From Minisyncoccota bacterium (GTDB lineage Bacteria; Patescibacteriota; Minisyncoccia; Phycocordibacterales; Phycocordibacteraceae), in the NCBI GenBank assembly GCA_017991635.1, contig JAGOQE010000002.1, positions 100,237-164,236 of the forward strand: a stretch of 64,000 bases of DNA, read 5' to 3'. Each line of letters begins with the position of its first letter. Positions within the stretch are counted from its first letter, which is position 1. The position numbers and the translations under genes were made by a program. The notes below the pieces were generated by a model, which ran no database searches, was not told the DNA's origin, and worked only from the letters and a program-made list of their open reading frames with translations. This document shows positions 1 to 8,450 of this stretch, one piece after another.

Positions 1-1080
1 GAGCGCACACATAATCAAAGGTAAGTATTTTGAAAAGAATAATCCACGGATACGCAAGCAAGAGGAAGAAACTTGGACGAAGTGTTGTTGTGGTCTTTGC
101 ACGCACATTACTCGTAATCATGACCTCAAAGTTTTCCTTGTTTCTGTTGTAGCCTGGAGCAAACTCCGCCATCTTGTACCAAAAGTTCATGGTGTAGTAC
201 ATCCGTCCGTAATGGAATGCAAGAAGGTTCTCAAAGATGTAGGAATGCTTTTCTACAAGCGCTTTTGAAATCCCGGAATGCGTGAGCAAGTCCTTGTAGA
301 CGTATTCATACACTTTCTTCGCAAAGCTCTGAGTAAGTGGAAGGACAATGCCAGAGTAACTTTCGGCAATATTTGCGCTGTCATAGTGGTAGAGCTCTCC
401 CAGCTCAATTGTTCTTGTTATTGGGCGGGACTGTAGCACGTAAAGTGTCTCTCCTTTAAAGCACCACTCAATGTCTTGAGGGGAATTAAAAAATTTCTGT
501 AGTGACTGTCCAAGCTCTACGACCTGCTGGAGCTGTGCTTTAGTTACGCTTGGCTCAGAAATGCGCTCAAGGCGAGTTTTGCCATCAGTAAAAAAGACGC
601 AAGGCTTATCCTTTGCAATGTGTTCCTCAAGGAATGTTCCGTCTGTCTGACTAAGGTACTCATCGCACGCTTCCCCGCCAACAACTTGTGAGCACATACC
701 GTGTGTAGCATTTACCACAGAAACAGACGTTCCTGTTTCGCTAAATAGAACGCCTGCCCTGTCGCTTGCGATGCATTCCTGCACAATTACAGATCCGCCG
801 TGCTCTTTGTATGAGTCGCGAACGCGAAGCACTTCTTCCCAGACGCGCGTGAGCGGAACGCCGATTGCAGAGTAAAAGTGTCCCGCATACGATGTTTCTT
901 TTTGGTCTTCTACTAAGGAGGATGAACGAACTGCAAAGTAGGTGTTGCTGGGAAATCTCTCCGCAATGCGTCTATGTGCTACGTGCTCATCTTCAGCGTC
1001 GTTGACAATCAAAAACGAAGGCACGGTATAGCCCGCATCTATAAGTTTTGTAAGTGCTTGGGCCTTGCTACCAGTATCCA
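1..1080 (-). CDS. Partial CDS (N-terminal part in window; ATG at 1080, runs off the left edge). PEP-utilizing enzyme / PPDK_N-like ATP-grasp domain protein (pyruvate-phosphate dikinase / PEP synthase N-terminal-like).
   Basis: Hand translation of the minus strand from ATG at 1078-1080 gives MDTGSKAQALTKLIDAGYTVPSFLIVND...QDIEWCFKGETLYVLQSRPIT. The 'DIEWCF..G.L..LQSRPIT' block is typical of PPDK/PEP-synthase N-terminal nucleotide-binding domains. No complete ORF is listed here because it is edge-truncated. Confidence 0.4.
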
Positions 1081-1083
1081 TAC

Positions 1084-1977
1084 CTAGATGATAGCAAGGT
1101 AGATAATAAGGTTCAGTGCGCCGTAGAGTATGAGGTACGAACCCTGTATTCCCTGCTCCGTGCGAGCTGTTCGTTTCTTATAGTGTGCGTATGTCCATCC
1201 AAGGATGCTCAGCACGCCAAGGATTCCAATGAGTGCGTAGGTAAATGGAACAGGGCCGAGGGTGGAAAGTATGGCACCCCAAAGACCCATAGACACAAGA
1301 CTAAGAAGAACATACACCAAGAGACTTCTTGAGAAGCCGAGGTAGTGCGTATACGTGTCCTTCCCCGTTCCGTCTTCACCTGGAACCTTTACCTTTCTCA
1401 TAAATTCAAAAACAACTGTTCCGACACTGGTGAAGAGGAAATGAAATGTGAGAATGGGAGTGAGTGGAATAGTGCCAGCAAGCAGTGAGTACACCCATAC
1501 TTGCATTAGAATCATCTGTACGAGGTTTACGCTGTTGTAGAGAAAGAAATGTCTACGCAGTCTTTCCCCAAAGAAAAATTCCTTACCGCATAGCCAGGAA
1601 TATCCGAGCATGGAAAGTGCGACGAGAAGTGAAGCGAAGTTTGAAACAAGAGACAGTCCAAGGATTATTCCTACAAGCACACCGTCAACACTGCGTAGTT
1701 CTTCTTTAGTCACGACACCCTTTTGTATAGGGCGATTTTTGTAGTGATTGTTGTCGTGTTCGAAATCCCTATGTTCATCAATAATGCGTATGTGAAGGAG
1801 GTAGGATACCGAAACAATGAGTGCGGTGATTGCAGTCGTGTAGCTGAATGCTTCTGTGGTAACCGCTACCGAGCTCAAAATTGCGGGAATAAGACTCACC
1901 ACAAGAACCGCTACAGGAAAACGTGCCTTCTGGTAACGCCGAAACCGAATTAGAAAAGGTGCCTGCTTCGCGCTCAT
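1084..1977 (-). CDS. UbiA-family integral membrane prenyltransferase
   Basis: 297 aa, about 8 predicted TM helices. DxxxDxxxD Mg-binding motif (IIDEHRDFEHD) after the first TM helices, as in the UbiA / DGGGP-synthase family. Confidence 0.55.
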   Translation of the reverse strand: MSAKQAPFLIRFRRYQKARFPVAVLVVSLIPAILSSVAVTTEAFSYTTAITALIVSVSYLLHIRIIDEHRDFEHDNNHYKNRPIQKGVVTKEELRSVDGVLVGIILGLSLVSNFASLLVALSMLGYSWLCGKEFFFGERLRRHFFLYNSVNLVQMILMQVWVYSLLAGTIPLTPILTFHFLFTSVGTVVFEFMRKVKVPGEDGTGKDTYTHYLGFSRSLLVYVLLSLVSMGLWGAILSTLGPVPFTYALIGILGVLSILGWTYAHYKKRTARTEQGIQGSYLILYGALNLIIYLAII

Positions 1978-3056
1978 GGATGTATGGTACCAGCCGTACA
2001 GGAATCATAGAAAAAAACTCTGTCTTTATGGGCTAATGCCAGTGAAAGACTTCTATCTATTCGTACCTGCGAGGTCAGAGCCTCAGGAATATCACGATGG
2101 AGCAAATTCTCCCAAAAAATAAAGCGAGAGCCAGGTTTCGCTACGCGTACTATTTCCTGCCATGTTTCCTCGTATAGTGTGTCGTCTAATGCTTCAAAAA
2201 TATCCGAAAAATTGAACGCCGAAATACTCCCATCCTTTTGAGTACGTAGATATGATAGAAGTCCGTCAGACACAATCGTAAGATTGCTACTCTGTTCCGG
2301 TACGCTTTTCAGGTAAGGCGGCACATCTCCTTGATGCTCTCCAGTAAGGCTGTAGGTGAAGAAGTAGTTATGCGCTATGGGAACACGACCTAGAAACTCT
2401 AAGAGTCGCGTTGCATATGTCTTTTTGAGTGAGTGCTCGCGCGTTTGAGAAAACATAATTTTTTGTCGCGCCTTTGAGAGCATGAAGCGCGTTGTGGCGA
2501 TAGAGAATACAAACTGCCATAGCGAAGTATTGAAGTGCGTACTATAGAACGCAACTTGCGCATCTGTACCAGACACGGAGAGGAAGTTCCTTATGGTTTT
2601 TTTCTTATGGATATGTGGTAACACACGCCTTGCAAAGAATCTGGTGAAGCGCTCAAAGCGTCCGCAATGGATAATTCCAATACGTATGTCTTCCAAATGC
2701 TTGTCCCACCACACACGCGCCTCTGGTGAGAGTATGTCTGCCAGCTCCCTGTACGTTTCTTCTCGAGCATCTGATGGCAGCTCTCCGAGAAATGCTAAAC
2801 AATCCTCTTGCGAAAGAGTGGTGCGTGCCAACTGTTTGAGCTCAAGGAGATAGTTCTGTGTCTCATTAAGGTCTATTGAAATTACTTCCTTCGGACCTTG
2901 GTCAATAAGTGTGAGCGAGTTGTCTCCTCCTGAGGTAATGGAAAGCACTCGGTCATCCTCGCGTACGTGAAGTGCCTCCAGAACCAGTTCTGGATCTTCC
3001 CAACACTGACTGTAATGAATGCTCTGCTTAGACATGATGATGTGTAAATGCGCCAA
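1974..3056 (-). CDS. BtaA-like (DUF3419) S-adenosylmethionine:diacylglycerol 3-amino-3-carboxypropyltransferase homolog (betaine-lipid synthase family)
   Basis: 360 aa. N-terminal 'YSQCWEDPELVLEAL' block followed by a Rossmann-like 'VLSITSGGDN' segment, both characteristic of BtaA/DUF3419 proteins. The 4-nt overlap with the upstream UbiA gene suggests translational coupling. Confidence 0.5.
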   Translation of the reverse strand: MAHLHIIMSKQSIHYSQCWEDPELVLEALHVREDDRVLSITSGGDNSLTLIDQGPKEVISIDLNETQNYLLELKQLARTTLSQEDCLAFLGELPSDAREETYRELADILSPEARVWWDKHLEDIRIGIIHCGRFERFTRFFARRVLPHIHKKKTIRNFLSVSGTDAQVAFYSTHFNTSLWQFVFSIATTRFMLSKARQKIMFSQTREHSLKKTYATRLLEFLGRVPIAHNYFFTYSLTGEHQGDVPPYLKSVPEQSSNLTIVSDGLLSYLRTQKDGSISAFNFSDIFEALDDTLYEETWQEIVRVAKPGSRFIFWENLLHRDIPEALTSQVRIDRSLSLALAHKDRVFFYDSCTAGTIHP

Positions 3057-3969
3057 GTGTCTTTGCTAGATACTCTTTAGAAATATAGTTTTTAGCAAAG
3101 ACTGATTTCGGAAAGTCATAGGTAGATGACCAATACGGACGGACATGTGATGCAAAGGAGTAAAGCGCACGCTCTTCATCAGTGAGCTCAAGCGCACCAA
3201 ATTCCTCAAATGATATGTCCACGATTTCTATATGGGTGTCTAAGTCAAGAAGCTCAAGTGTTTCTTTGAGAAGAGAATCTGCACTTGGAGGGTTCGGATT
3301 AGTGAGATACGAGTCTTCAAGGGTACTTCTAAGGACGCCTTCTGCAATATACTCGGCTACAATATCAACCGGCACCATGTTTGAAGTTCCGAGCATTCTA
3401 GGAAAGCGCACAGGTCTTTTATGTCGCTTCCCTTCCTTAAGCGCTTCACTAAAGGCTCGCACAATTCTGTAGTAGCCGTTGTATGAGCGAAGCTCGCCAG
3501 TGTCAGTTCTCCCGGTAAGCACTGAGGGACGATATATGCTGAACGGAATGTTTGATTGAGAAAGTAAGTTCTCTGCTCGTGCCTTGTCACGTTCGTACTC
3601 ATTTACGTATGAATCCTTGAGTTCTTCAGGTCTGTACGTGTACGCAGTACCCACGTAGTGAATGGGTACAGAAGCGAATGATGCGTACTCAATAACAGTA
3701 CGCATCATTCGCTCGTTGGCGCGCCCTTCACTTTTAAAGCTGACATCTCCTGCGGCGTGCACGATAGCATCGATATCCATTGTGGGTATCTTGCGGGCAT
3801 CTTCCAAGAGGTCTCCAAATACAGGAGCCGCTAACGCTTTTGGATAACGTTCTAGAAATGTTCCATTCTCTGTTCGTAGAAGTGGAATAACTGTTGCGTC
3901 ACGAGTAATAAGGGAAAGCCCAAGCGAGCAGCCTAGGTTTCCTGTAATCCCTGTGAGAAGCACCTTCAT
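3028..3969 (-). CDS. NAD(P)-dependent epimerase/dehydratase-family oxidoreductase (possibly thioester/fatty-acyl reductase-like)
   Basis: 313 aa. N-terminal Rossmann motif MKVLLTGITGNLG (TGxxGxxG). SDR-extended-like YxxxK region (YVGTAYTYRPEE). Confidence 0.55.
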   Translation of the reverse strand: MKVLLTGITGNLGCSLGLSLITRDATVIPLLRTENGTFLERYPKALAAPVFGDLLEDARKIPTMDIDAIVHAAGDVSFKSEGRANERMMRTVIEYASFASVPIHYVGTAYTYRPEELKDSYVNEYERDKARAENLLSQSNIPFSIYRPSVLTGRTDTGELRSYNGYYRIVRAFSEALKEGKRHKRPVRFPRMLGTSNMVPVDIVAEYIAEGVLRSTLEDSYLTNPNPPSADSLLKETLELLDLDTHIEIVDISFEEFGALELTDEERALYSFASHVRPYWSSTYDFPKSVFAKNYISKEYLAKTLGAFTHHHV

Positions 3970-4007
3970 GATTGTGTGCGTGGTGTGTGCACACGTATGC
4001 GCACTAT

Positions 4008-4673
4008 TTAGTCAGCATTACTCCACGCCTTTTTGTAGAAGACGAGAACGAGGAAGAGTACGAGATATACAAGTCCCATTGCCCAGCCGGTGAAGTGAAG
4101 TGCAGGAGTATTACCTACAGTTGAGCTAAGTGAAGTAATGAGCACCACACCTCCTGCTACTTCAGCAGCAAAACCATAGCGAACAAGCCACTCAGTCATG
4201 CCACCCTTAAACTTAGAAGCAACTGCCTCAATTGCTGGGAATGCTACAAGAACAAAGGCAAAGACATAGAGCGCCTGGAGAAGTGGGTGCACATTAAAGA
4301 AGAAGAATCCTTCCGGGCTAAAGCCAGGTGTTGATGGGTGTGCCGGAGTTCCTCCAAGGTAGAAGATGGTTGCACCAATAACAACTCCAAGGACCATAAC
4401 AGTGCGCTGTATCTTCTTGCTCAATTCTTGCGTACCTGCAGCAAGCATAAAGACGAGAGAGATAATAAAGAATATGGTACCGAATGATACGTACTGCTCT
4501 ACATGTGCTGGTTTTGTAACGACAGCGTATGACCAGATAAGGAAAGCTGCAGCATCAAGAAGAAGCGCAATACCGAAGTTCTTGAAAACCATTCCCCGTT
4601 TGCTGACAAACTTGAGTCCCAAGAGGAGTGAGGCGATAACGCTCTGCACAAAGAATAAGAGTACGAGGTTCAT
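4008..4673 (-). CDS. Polytopic membrane protein, unknown function (within the lipid cluster)
   Basis: 221 aa, 6-7 hydrophobic helices, no recognisable catalytic motif. Confidence 0.4.
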   Translation of the reverse strand: MNLVLLFFVQSVIASLLLGLKFVSKRGMVFKNFGIALLLDAAAFLIWSYAVVTKPAHVEQYVSFGTIFFIISLVFMLAAGTQELSKKIQRTVMVLGVVIGATIFYLGGTPAHPSTPGFSPEGFFFFNVHPLLQALYVFAFVLVAFPAIEAVASKFKGGMTEWLVRYGFAAEVAGGVVLITSLSSTVGNTPALHFTGWAMGLVYLVLFLVLVFYKKAWSNAD

Positions 4674-4739
4674 GAATGGGTGGTTAGTTGAAATTTAAAG
4701 GCCCTATGTAAAGATTATAGAACTATACTTGGGTAGTGT

Positions 4740-5450
4740 ATGTGTTATGCACACCTAAGAAAATCAACCATGTACGCTCATATTAGCCCTCCAAGCCTCA
4801 TCCAACGCCTAGCCTGGGCCCCGCTTCGTCTTCTTGCACGGCGCGCAGAGTCTTTTGAGGTTGTAGGAACGGAGCACGTGTCTTCTGTGCCCGGGCCAGT
4901 TATCTTTGCGAGCAACCATATTTCAGAGTTTGACCCGCTTTTACTCGTTGCCTCCCTTCCCTTTTCCTCACGACATCTTCCACTTCACTACGTAGCGAGG
5001 GAGTCTTCGTTCTATGCGCCTGGTTGGAAGAGGATTGTGTATGGTGGTATCACCTTTAAGCTCATGGGCGCTCACCCAGCATATGTCGGACGTAATAATT
5101 ATCACGAAGCACTTCCCCATCACTTGCGTGTCCTTGCTCAAGGAAGAAGCGTGGGTATCTTTCCGATGGGAGGCATCACTCCCAAGAGCGAATCACCCCG
5201 CCCAAAGGGCGGGGCCGTCTTTCTTTCTCATACTTCAGGGCACCCAATCATTCCCGTGCGCATTGAAGGAGTTGAAAGAGTGCGTCTTGGAGATCTTGTC
5301 TCTGGAACCAGAAATATTCGCGTAGTTTTTGGTACACCTGTGTACGCTCACGAGTTATTTGAGAAAGGTGAACCTGTCTTCATCCCAGGCGAACGAAATG
5401 ACTTTGACTCAGCCGCTGTTTCTTTGATGGAGAGGATTACGCAACTGTAG
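4740..5450 (+). CDS. plsC: 1-acyl-sn-glycerol-3-phosphate acyltransferase (PlsC-family lysophospholipid acyltransferase)
   Basis: 236 aa. HxxxxD acyltransferase motif (FASNHISEFDPLLL) and downstream 'IFPMGG' block (FPEGTR-equivalent). Confidence 0.6.
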   Translation: MCYAHLRKSTMYAHISPPSLIQRLAWAPLRLLARRAESFEVVGTEHVSSVPGPVIFASNHISEFDPLLLVASLPFSSRHLPLHYVARESSFYAPGWKRIVYGGITFKLMGAHPAYVGRNNYHEALPHHLRVLAQGRSVGIFPMGGITPKSESPRPKGGAVFLSHTSGHPIIPVRIEGVERVRLGDLVSGTRNIRVVFGTPVYAHELFEKGEPVFIPGERNDFDSAAVSLMERITQL

Positions 5451-6060
5451 GCGTGTGCTTTTTGCGGTACTGAATTGCTATTGCGTAAGCGATTAGGTAA
5501 GGGATTCCGACGAATGCAGTAAGCCACGCTCCAAGCATTTGAATTAGAGGTATAAAATTAAGGAAAAAGACAAAGTGTCTGATTTCAATCAAAGAAAGAA
5601 TAAAACCGTCAATTTTATGTGTAGACGAAGCAAACATTTTTGTATATGCACGCTCGCGCAGGGTAAATAAGTAACCTATACCAAGTACGGCAATCATCTC
5701 GATGAAGAATGGGTACAGGGCTGGAGACGTTACCAAAATAAAAAGATCAAGCGTGAAGATCAGTATGCAGGAAGCGACCAAGAAGGACTTGTTCGAAGCT
5801 GGCACAAACGTTCCCCATATTTTTGAAACTACCGGGCCATTCCCAACACGGTTCTCTTCAGAGAGCCATACTGTTTGAGGAGGTGCGGGTACTGCACCTG
5901 ACACAGTCATCACTGAGGGATTTGCAATCATCTGCGCAAAGCCGTCTTGAATATCCTCGTCCGTTACCCCGTTCAATCTAAGCGAGTTAGTTATCTCTTC
6001 TCTTGAAACACCCCTTCCTGTTTGGAAACGAATATAGTCTATGTGTTGGGGTGAAATCAT
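5437..6060 (-). CDS. Membrane protein with N-terminal soluble domain, unknown function
   Basis: 207 aa. N-terminal about 90 aa polar, then 4 TM helices. Overlaps the plsC 3' end (convergent). Confidence 0.35.
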   Translation of the reverse strand: MISPQHIDYIRFQTGRGVSREEITNSLRLNGVTDEDIQDGFAQMIANPSVMTVSGAVPAPPQTVWLSEENRVGNGPVVSKIWGTFVPASNKSFLVASCILIFTLDLFILVTSPALYPFFIEMIAVLGIGYLFTLRERAYTKMFASSTHKIDGFILSLIEIRHFVFFLNFIPLIQMLGAWLTAFVGIPYLIAYAIAIQYRKKHTPTVA

Positions 6061-6103
6061 ATGGTTTTACATATTCTTGCACGATTAACACGAGATACAA
6101 CGG

Positions 6104-7261
6104 CTATTTCTTACGTATGTGCATACGGAAAAGGCTCATTGAATTGAGCTCAAAGGCAACTTTTGCGCCGTGCATCCAGAGTTTCCATAGCCGATAGAAC
6201 TCAGAATCAAACATACGCTCTATAGTTTCTTGATTTTTCTCCAATCGCTGAATCCACTCAGTCATGGTTCTTATGTAGTCGTCAGTGTCGTCTCTGAATT
6301 CTGCAATGGTGAATCCTGCTTGGGTAGCTGATCGAATTAGTTCGTCCTTTGTGGGTAGGTACCCGCCTGGAAATACGTACTTGAGTGTCCACGGGTCGAC
6401 TGCTCTGTAGGCGTACCTGCCTGTTGCTTGTATATATGCTTGACCACCTAATTTCAGGGCTTGGTGTACGTTTCTAAAAAAAGAAGAGAGATGAAGTCGC
6501 CCAACGTGTTCAATGGATTCAATAGAAACTACAGCGTCATATGTGCCTTTTGGAAAAGGTTGGGTCATGTCTTGGTACGACACGGAAGCATGCTTCCCTG
6601 CACCCTCCTCGCGTATCATATTCTGTACAAAGGTAAGTTGCGCCTTGCTTAAGGTGTATCCGTCTACGTAGTGGTTTCTTTGGACGCATGACTTCATAAA
6701 TCCTCCCCACCCACTCCCTAGATCAAGTACACGTGCTTCAGGTGGGAGTGCAAGAAGCTCATGAACGTATGAGAGTTTATTTCGTTGCGCAATCTCAAGT
6801 GTGTCTTTCTCGTCTGTGTAGAGTCCTGCAGAATAGGACATAGTTTCTGTATCAAGGAAAAGAGCAAAGAAATCATTTCCAAGGTCGTAGTGCTTAGCTA
6901 TGTGACCACTACGTGTAAACGGAGATGTGAGTCGAGAAAGAAGAGTTGCTGTTAAGAGTTCAAGGGAAGGCTTCACGTACTTAAATTGGTGACGAGTGCG
7001 CATGTATGCCTCTAGGTCCCCTTCGATATCCAAAGAACCGTCCATATAAGACTCACCAAAACCAAGCGCTCCTTCACGCACGAGTCGCCGCGCAGTTTTC
7101 TCGTCGTTAATGACCAGAGTAAATTCAGGAGTACCCTCGTTTCCATAGGTGCGGGTTTTGCCATCCCAAAGCCTTGTAGCAAATGCAGGGCACGAGAATT
7201 GAGAAAATATATCGTCCAGGATGCGCAGGTAATCCATTAGGGAGTACTGTAGCATTCTCAA
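6104..7261 (-). CDS. cfa: Cyclopropane-fatty-acyl-phospholipid synthase (SAM-dependent)
   Basis: 385 aa. SAM motif I 'VLDLGSGWGGFMK' and the overall length and architecture of the CFA synthase / mycolic-acid methyltransferase family. Confidence 0.8.
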   Translation of the reverse strand: MRMLQYSLMDYLRILDDIFSQFSCPAFATRLWDGKTRTYGNEGTPEFTLVINDEKTARRLVREGALGFGESYMDGSLDIEGDLEAYMRTRHQFKYVKPSLELLTATLLSRLTSPFTRSGHIAKHYDLGNDFFALFLDTETMSYSAGLYTDEKDTLEIAQRNKLSYVHELLALPPEARVLDLGSGWGGFMKSCVQRNHYVDGYTLSKAQLTFVQNMIREEGAGKHASVSYQDMTQPFPKGTYDAVVSIESIEHVGRLHLSSFFRNVHQALKLGGQAYIQATGRYAYRAVDPWTLKYVFPGGYLPTKDELIRSATQAGFTIAEFRDDTDDYIRTMTEWIQRLEKNQETIERMFDSEFYRLWKLWMHGAKVAFELNSMSLFRMHIRKK

Positions 7262-7325
7262 TTTAGGCTAGTTGTATGAAAAGACTTCGGGCTCGCATGC
7301 GTGTGACGCATGCGAGCCCGTTTGC

Positions 7326-7781
7326 CTACTCGAGGCTCTCGTACTCTTCGAGAACCTCAATGAAGGGATACTGCTTCGAGCTGAAGGCATAGCCCCGAAG
7401 GATGTCTCGCATCCCACGGTACTCTTCCCTATAGCCGAAGTTGAACGAAAACCGATTCGCCCACCAGTAGAAGCCGAAGCCCTGCACACTGATGAACGTA
7501 CGGTAGTGTTCCGGAACAAATCGAACGAGCTTGCAGTTGAGGACTGCGCGCGCCGACGTCGTGATGCAGACGCGTGCGGGCCTTATATCAACGACGGAGA
7601 CGAGCACCCACGGAGGGTGTGCATGCCATCCAGCGCGCGCTTGAACACCGAGTTCGCCAGAGGCAACATTCCATGTGAGCCCTCGTTCCTGTGGCTCAAG
7701 GTAGTTAACCGAGAGCGCGAGCGGTGTCCCGAGCAGAAGAAGCCCGCCAAGGACAATCGCAATCAGTCGGAGGTGCCTCAT
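7326..7781 (-). CDS. Membrane-anchored protein, paralog 1 of a tandem pair (unknown family), GC-rich
   Basis: 151 aa. N-terminal TM/signal anchor. Shares 'R(A/V)VLNCKLV(R/K)F', 'ARxGW' and 'YPF..VL.E' blocks with the adjacent ORF. GC-rich, with overlapping spurious plus-strand ORFs. Confidence 0.45.
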   Translation of the reverse strand: MRHLRLIAIVLGGLLLLGTPLALSVNYLEPQERGLTWNVASGELGVQARAGWHAHPPWVLVSVVDIRPARVCITTSARAVLNCKLVRFVPEHYRTFISVQGFGFYWWANRFSFNFGYREEYRGMRDILRGYAFSSKQYPFIEVLEEYESLE

Positions 7782-8323
7782 TTCGTTTCAGGCGCCGGAG
7801 TCAGAGTCGGAGCCGGCGCCTGAATGATCACCGGCTCAAGCTCTGTGGGCGCTTCCTCGTTCTTGAGCTCGCGAAGAACGGTCAGGAACGGATAGTTCCG
7901 CCCGCTTCCGTCATACGCGTAGCTTTTCAGGATTTCTTCCAGATTGACCTGGGTGTAGTCCTGACGACCGTGCCAGGACAGAAACAGTGCGAGGCCGGCC
8001 GGATTGAATTTGACCAGCTTGCAGTTCAGCACGCGCGAGTTCGCATTGATGCAGACCTGCATCGGACGCGTGTCGACGGTGTTGATTTTGTCGAGGAACG
8101 GGCGTTTGGGATTCCACCCGGTTCGGGCAAGGACGGTGGTCTCGCCGCTGGTGGCGTTGAACTTGTAGCCAATTTCGTAGTTGTCCACGAACTTCCAGCA
8201 CATGAAGAACCAGATGAGGCCGACGATGGCGGACAGGACGAGAAAGCCAACGACGCCGATAACAATCTTCAAACCACGGGACATTGAGTGCTCCTGGGCT
8301 CTCTTGGTTAGGGTGCTTGGCAC
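7778..8323 (-). CDS. Membrane-anchored protein, paralog 2 of a tandem pair, with Pro/Thr-rich C-terminal tail
   Basis: 181 aa. N-terminal TM. Conserved blocks shared with 7326..7781. 4-nt overlap suggests an operon. Confidence 0.45.
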   Translation of the reverse strand: MPSTLTKRAQEHSMSRGLKIVIGVVGFLVLSAIVGLIWFFMCWKFVDNYEIGYKFNATSGETTVLARTGWNPKRPFLDKINTVDTRPMQVCINANSRVLNCKLVKFNPAGLALFLSWHGRQDYTQVNLEEILKSYAYDGSGRNYPFLTVLRELKNEEAPTELEPVIIQAPAPTLTPAPETK

Positions 8324-8450
8324 CGGAATGAGACGTTCAATTCCATATATATTATATACTAAATATGATGATTAGTCAAATATTACGCAAATCCAAAGGC
8401 AAGTTTCGGAGCACTTCATTTTAGGATTGAGCTCGTAACTACCGTAGTCT

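Noticed and set aside
7272-8287. Long plus-strand ORFs (183 and 187 aa) and several others overlapping the minus-strand paralog pair
   Set aside because: Arg/Ala/Gly-rich low-complexity translations typical of wrong-frame ORFs in GC-rich DNA. The minus-strand genes have TM anchors, conserved paralogous blocks and operon spacing.
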